Below, piece by piece: positions 31,607 to 32,000 of a stretch of 32,000 nucleotides of DNA. The DNA comes from Halorhodospira halophila SL1 (lineage in GTDB: Bacteria; Pseudomonadota; Gammaproteobacteria; Nitrococcales; Halorhodospiraceae): assembly GCF_000015585.1 (NCBI RefSeq), contig NC_008789.1, positions 2,190,001 to 2,222,000 on the forward strand. The letters run 5' to 3'. Every line of letters starts with the position of its first letter. The stretch's first letter is position 1. The notes beneath the pieces were generated by a model, which was given only the letters and a program-made list of their open reading frames with translations, had not been told where the DNA came from and did not search any database. The position numbers were made by a program, and so were the translations under genes.

Positions 31607-32000
31607 GTGGCCGAGCAGACCCCCACCAACCGCCGCACCCGACAGTTCAACCGGCAAGTCCAGCCGGAGGGTGAGAAGGACGACGACAACAGCTGGCTGC
31701 TGGTCTACCTCGACGTCATCACCCTGCTGCTGATCGTCTTCGTCATCCTCCTCGCCTTGCTCGAGCCCGAGGAAGACGACGACCGGGAGGGTCTCGGCGA
31801 CGGCATCCTCGAGGGGCGCGAGCACATCCTCGAGGGCGAGCCCAGCGTGCTCGAGGGACTGCCAGAGCCGTTGGATGAGGCCGACCCGGTCGAGGTCCCC
31901 GCAGAACTCGAAGAGGCCGGGATCCAGGCCGTCGGCGAGGAGGAGACCCTCACCTTCCGGCTCGACGACGCGGTGCTCTTCGAGACCGGCCGGGCCGAAC
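31607..32000 (+). CDS. MotB/OmpA-family stator subunit, 5' part (runs off the window end)
   Basis: My own translation from GTG 31607: VAEQTPTNRRTRQFNRQVQPEGEKDDDNSWLLVYLDVITLLLIVFVILLALLEPEEDDD...TLTFRLDDAVLFETGRAE. It has the TM with the conserved Asp (YLDVITLL) and the start of an OmpA-like domain. Not in the ORF track because there is no stop in the window. Confidence 0.8.
   Translation, partial: MAEQTPTNRRTRQFNRQVQPEGEKDDDNSWLLVYLDVITLLLIVFVILLALLEPEEDDDREGLGDGILEGREHILEGEPSVLEGLPEPLDEADPVEVPAELEEAGIQAVGEEETLTFRLDDAVLFETGRAE

Noticed and set aside
30686-32000. Zorya-type (ZorAB) defence system, or an ExbBD/TolQR pair
   Set aside because: The MotA-like protein is 301 aa with the 2+2 TM MotA layout and no long ZorA-like tail, and no zorC/D-like genes are visible. 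The partner has an OmpA-like domain start, unlike ExbD/TolR. Downstream genes are outside the window, so this rejection is provisional.
1-32000. Mobile elements, CRISPR arrays, tRNA/rRNA genes, toxin-antitoxin pairs or defence islands
   Set aside because: I saw no transposase, integrase or recombinase-like ORFs, no short regularly spaced repeats and no tRNA-like cloverleaf candidates in the intergenic gaps. GC content and codon usage look uniform apart from the promoter-like stretch at 12780-12900.

Overview
High-GC (roughly 68-70% by eye) chromosomal segment. Gene content, acidic proteins and synteny (prmA, DUF3426, fis, purH, purD; thiE, hemL; mpl, ubiX) fit a halophilic gammaproteobacterium, possibly Ectothiorhodospiraceae-like; this placement is inference only. 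All calls come from reading the ORF translations and the DNA by eye, with no searches run.

Gene order, left to right:
- 3' end of folE2.
- A tightly packed + strand array: TetR regulator, RND adaptor, RND pump, TolC-like channel, Fur-family regulator, YiiP/FieF-type CDF exporter.
- srkA (-).
- A + strand unit: small 2-TM protein, M23 endopeptidase, bactofilin, ParM-like actin, closed by a strong terminator.
- Phasin.
- A - strand block: purD, purH, fis, DUF3426 zinc-ribbon protein, prmA, a 113-aa unknown, ppa.
- A + strand operon: membrane protein, mpl, ubiX, Lon-N-domain protein.
- A 266-bp structured element with perfect 47-bp terminal inverted repeats.
- A - strand block: DedA/PAP2-like/LssY-like fusion protein, hemL, thiE, a 56-aa rubredoxin missing from the ORF track, an MFS transporter.
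- rhlB, then a CBS-pair protein with a MotA/MotB-type stator pair that runs off the window end.

I saw no tRNA, rRNA, CRISPR array, transposase, integrase or recognisable defence genes.

The best candidate for something undescribed is the M23-bactofilin pair extended by an orphan chromosomal ParM-like actin. Next are the 47-bp-TIR structured element and the CBS-stator operon. Most of the window is ordinary core genome.
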